A stretch of DNA of 64,000 nt from Oscillospiraceae bacterium (lineage in GTDB: Bacteria; Bacillota; Clostridia; Oscillospirales; UBA929): assembly GCA_031550325.1 (NCBI GenBank), contig JAVBOR010000013.1, positions 27,946 to 91,945 on the forward strand, read 5' to 3'. The stretch's first letter is position 1, and each line of letters starts with the position of its first letter. Position numbers and translations under genes: made by a program. This document shows, piece after piece, positions 62,701-64,000 of the stretch. A model generated the notes under the pieces. The model saw only the letters and a list, made by a program, of their open reading frames with translations, ran no database searches and was not told where the DNA came from.

Positions 62701-64000
62701 ACGCTGATGGACATCCTGTACGACGTGTACGACGTGGCTGACCATAAGTGCGTTAAGGGCTTTGCCATCGACGTCGAGTGGTATAACGGCGTGACCGAGG
62801 ACTCGGGTCTGCCCGTGACCGACGCGATTGCGCAGAGCTGGAACGAATACCTGTACAGCACCTGGGGCGCAGGCTACAAGCTGTTCCTGAAGCACTTCGG
62901 CTCGACCTGGCTGCCCAAAACCTACCGCGGCGGCGAGACCGGCGAGGGCTATCTGCCCAGCGAAAAGCTCGTGTTCTGCAACGACGCGCAGGGCTACGGC
63001 TCGATGGACGGCAGTGTCGGCGGCATTTACGACGACAGCGCCGCCCGCGACGGCGACGTGATGGGCGCCGGCTCTCAGTTCCGTCTGTTTGCCGACTTCT
63101 ATCCCGAAAACGAAATTGTTCTCCAGATCGGCTACCAGCCCGACCGCCAGTGGTTCTATAACTTTGACGATCCGATCATCAAGAGCTTCGCCGTGAAGCT
63201 GGCCGAGAATATGAACCCCAATCAGGACATCGGCATCGCGTGGGTGAACTTCTCGATCAAAGATCCGCTGACCTTCCCGCAGATGCTGAAGACCGACGCC
63301 GAGAAAGCCAGCGCGGTCAATGGCCTTTTGAACTACCTGTCGGCCACCGGCACGAACAACATCGTCGGACGCCGCCTTACGGGCGACCGTCAGCCGGCGG
63401 TGCTGGGCGACGCGCTGTATGTCACGCGGATGCGCGCGCTTTATGACGCGCTGACCGAAGACCAGAAGGCGCGTCTCACGGCCAGCCGCGTGACCAGACT
63501 CCTGGCGGTTGAGCCCGTTGCGCTCGACGTGCGCATTGACCTGCAGATTCCCGCCATTGAGGATCTGCGAGAGAAAGACGTCGCGACCATCTACACGGTT
63601 TGGGATATCTATCAGGCGCTGACCGAAGACCAGAAAGCCGCTGTCCAAAACATCGAAAAGCTTTTGGCCGCCAAGGCGTTTGCCGACGGCCTGGCCCCGG
63701 TGATCACCCAGTTTGTGGTCAACCCCGGCGCAATTGTGGGCACGCTTGCCGCCAACATCAAGGTCATTGCTGTCGGCCAGAATCTGGAGAGCGCCGTGGT
63801 GTACCTGAAGGACGGCGAGAGTAAGATCGGCTTGACCTCTATTGCCGGCGGCTCGGTGATGATCCGGGTCAACGCGGCTCCGGCTGTGACCGAGGACACG
63901 GTCTATGAAGTGGTCGCCGAGGCAAACGGCGTGGTGCTCAGCGTGGGAACCATTGTAATCAAGCCCTACAGCACCGACATCTGGACGGTCTCGGCCCTGC
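59713..64000 (+). CDS. giant secreted protein (>1429 aa, 3' end outside the window) made of two tandem ~641-aa modules; putative glycan-active enzyme of unknown family
   Basis: ATG 59713 after AGGGAGAG. I translated it codon by codon to 64000 with no stop. It is absent from the ORF track because it is open-ended. Signal peptide MKQKLSAILSLALVLTMLCGMIPMSAAA. Alternating strand/helix pattern with GFAIDVEWY, LQVESG and IGIAWVNF motifs. Confidence 0.85.
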   Translation, partial: MKQKLSAILSLALVLTMLCGMIPMSAAALPANANSAETKGGEAFNTPEEIEDMTPVELAISKLSVASLADREPVVYARRLYTKLSAADKENVRNYAQLLAAEAQILRLWILDLNEGTAEAPEISFGTSFGLWVLFEELDGMNDTQKAIVGEDAIEILEGMQAYESDVLLPAFKADYDLAKAVDKAIMEMDPANTDEVAATRAAYDGLTSFQKTIVVYYDVLKKAEGIDGVIPENIKYVGTRASGYGLSYSKEDWQSIDDQLQGYFPDAESTYVWIVALLGGNNGPAGGCNVDVDFTTIQDEDGKYMGKTQAEWLSENIAFRAPNASQTSQIDFLNYFDENNINVYLQVESGYADMKTLMDILYDVYDITSHKSVKGFAIDVEWYYGVTEDSGIPVTDAMAQSWNEYLYSTWGAGYKLVLKHYGLTWLPPAYRGGETGEGYLPSEKIIFCDDSQSFGSMDGLVGGVYDENDVRDGYRPGFAPEFRIFADYFPENEIIYQIGYQPDRQWFYNFGDPVIKNFAVKMAEATNPNQNIGIAWVNFSIKDPLTFPQMLKTDAEKASAVNGLLNYLSATGSNNLVGRRLTGDRQPAVLGDALFVTRVRQLYDALTEDQKARLTASRVTRLLTVEPVALDVRIDLQIPAIEDLRKKDTGAVSEVWAIYLALTEDQKAAVQNIEKLLAARERIEQLNNEIDDMSAVEQAIDNLSVTSVADREAVVRARRLYTKLSSADKENVRNYSKLLTAEARMLKLWILDLNEGTMEAPAISFEMSQGLWALADQLSGMSDTQKAIIGAESIALLGKLQELRAGHLQNFKAQYNLAKAVDKVILAMDPANPEEVAAARAAYEGLTSFQKTAVLYYEVLKKAEGINDLIPANLKYIGTRASGYGLSYSKEDWQSIDDQLQGYAPDAESAYVWIVALLGGNNGPLGGCNIDVDFATIQDEDGKYMGKTQAEWLSENISFRAPNASQTSQIDFLNYFDENNINVYLQVESGFADMKTLMDILYDVYDVADHKCVKGFAIDVEWYNGVTEDSGLPVTDAIAQSWNEYLYSTWGAGYKLFLKHFGSTWLPKTYRGGETGEGYLPSEKLVFCNDAQGYGSMDGSVGGIYDDSAARDGDVMGAGSQFRLFADFYPENEIVLQIGYQPDRQWFYNFDDPIIKSFAVKLAENMNPNQDIGIAWVNFSIKDPLTFPQMLKTDAEKASAVNGLLNYLSATGTNNIVGRRLTGDRQPAVLGDALYVTRMRALYDALTEDQKARLTASRVTRLLAVEPVALDVRIDLQIPAIEDLREKDVATIYTVWDIYQALTEDQKAAVQNIEKLLAAKAFADGLAPVITQFVVNPGAIVGTLAANIKVIAVGQNLESAVVYLKDGESKIGLTSIAGGSVMIRVNAAPAVTEDTVYEVVAEANGVVLSVGTIVIKPYSTDIWTVSAL
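59866..63672 (+). repeat. in-frame tandem duplication (two units, offset 1920-1923 nt) inside the giant gene
   Basis: 59866-61749 aligns with 61789-63672. This includes a perfectly identical 89-nt run (61312-61400 = 63232-63320). The protein modules are mostly identical by eye. Confidence 0.9.

Noticed and set aside
60967-63648. 893-aa minus-strand ORF (and 59707..60825, 372 aa) listed in the ORF track
   Set aside because: Both lie exactly antisense to the open + frame that starts at 59713, which has a good RBS and signal peptide. Their translations are low-complexity (Arg/Ala/Gly/Val-rich, no motifs), typical of shadow frames in GC-rich coding DNA.

Overview
This 64-kb window looks like a chromosomal segment of a high-GC, endospore-forming Firmicute. 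Gene content suggests Clostridia (Oscillospiraceae/Ruminococcaceae-like), but that guess cannot be verified here. Genes were called from the ORF track plus hand translation, Shine-Dalgarno spacing and hand-folded RNAs. No searches were run, so every family name is recognition from memory.

Content from left to right:
- 1-6.6 kb: an AT-richer accessory block with an ECF-like sigma factor, a DUF4367-type anti-sigma factor and four lipoproteins. It ends at an orphan tRNA/tmRNA-like 3' fragment.
- 7.3-8.7 kb: a DUF2935 operon that looks spore-associated.
- 9.0-15.4 kb: pstSCAB-phoU-phoPR.
- 15.8-16.6 kb: a GPR1/FUN34/YaaH-type transporter behind an attenuator-like leader.
- 19.8-21.4 kb: tRNA-Thr and tRNA-Pro flanking a CofE-like gene.
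- 21.6-31.6 kb: rmuC, then a probable beta-mannoside module. This module has an AraC-type response regulator, a solute-binding protein, a histidine kinase, a fused AGE-epimerase/GH130 phosphorylase and a phosphohexomutase.
- 32.2-36.4 kb: ileS-lspA-rluD.
- 36.5-45.0 kb: a LarA-like gene, a YibE/F gene, ACT-buk, and recG-larB-larC-DUF3842.
- 45.3-53.5 kb: an Fe-S aldo/keto reductase, a GerA-type germinant receptor operon, and copA.
- 53.7-55.2 kb: a DUF2087 regulator and a divergent pair of small paralogues, one carrying a Cys/Gly repeat.
- 55.9-64.0 kb: a ROK / GH4 / BadF-kinase operon, followed by a >1429-aa secreted protein.

That last protein is absent from the ORF track because it runs off the right edge. 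It consists of two ~641-aa tandem modules.

Most interesting observations:
1. The ROK-controlled locus with the giant duplicated protein of unknown catalytic type.
2. The Cys/Gly-repeat protein pair.
3. A mosaic palindromic intergenic repeat family, with at least five copies.
4. The lar genes coupled to DUF3842 with no larE in the window.
5. The AGE-GH130 fusion.

Many long ORFs in the track are antisense shadow frames typical of high-GC DNA and were rejected. No CRISPR array, transposase or integrase was seen.
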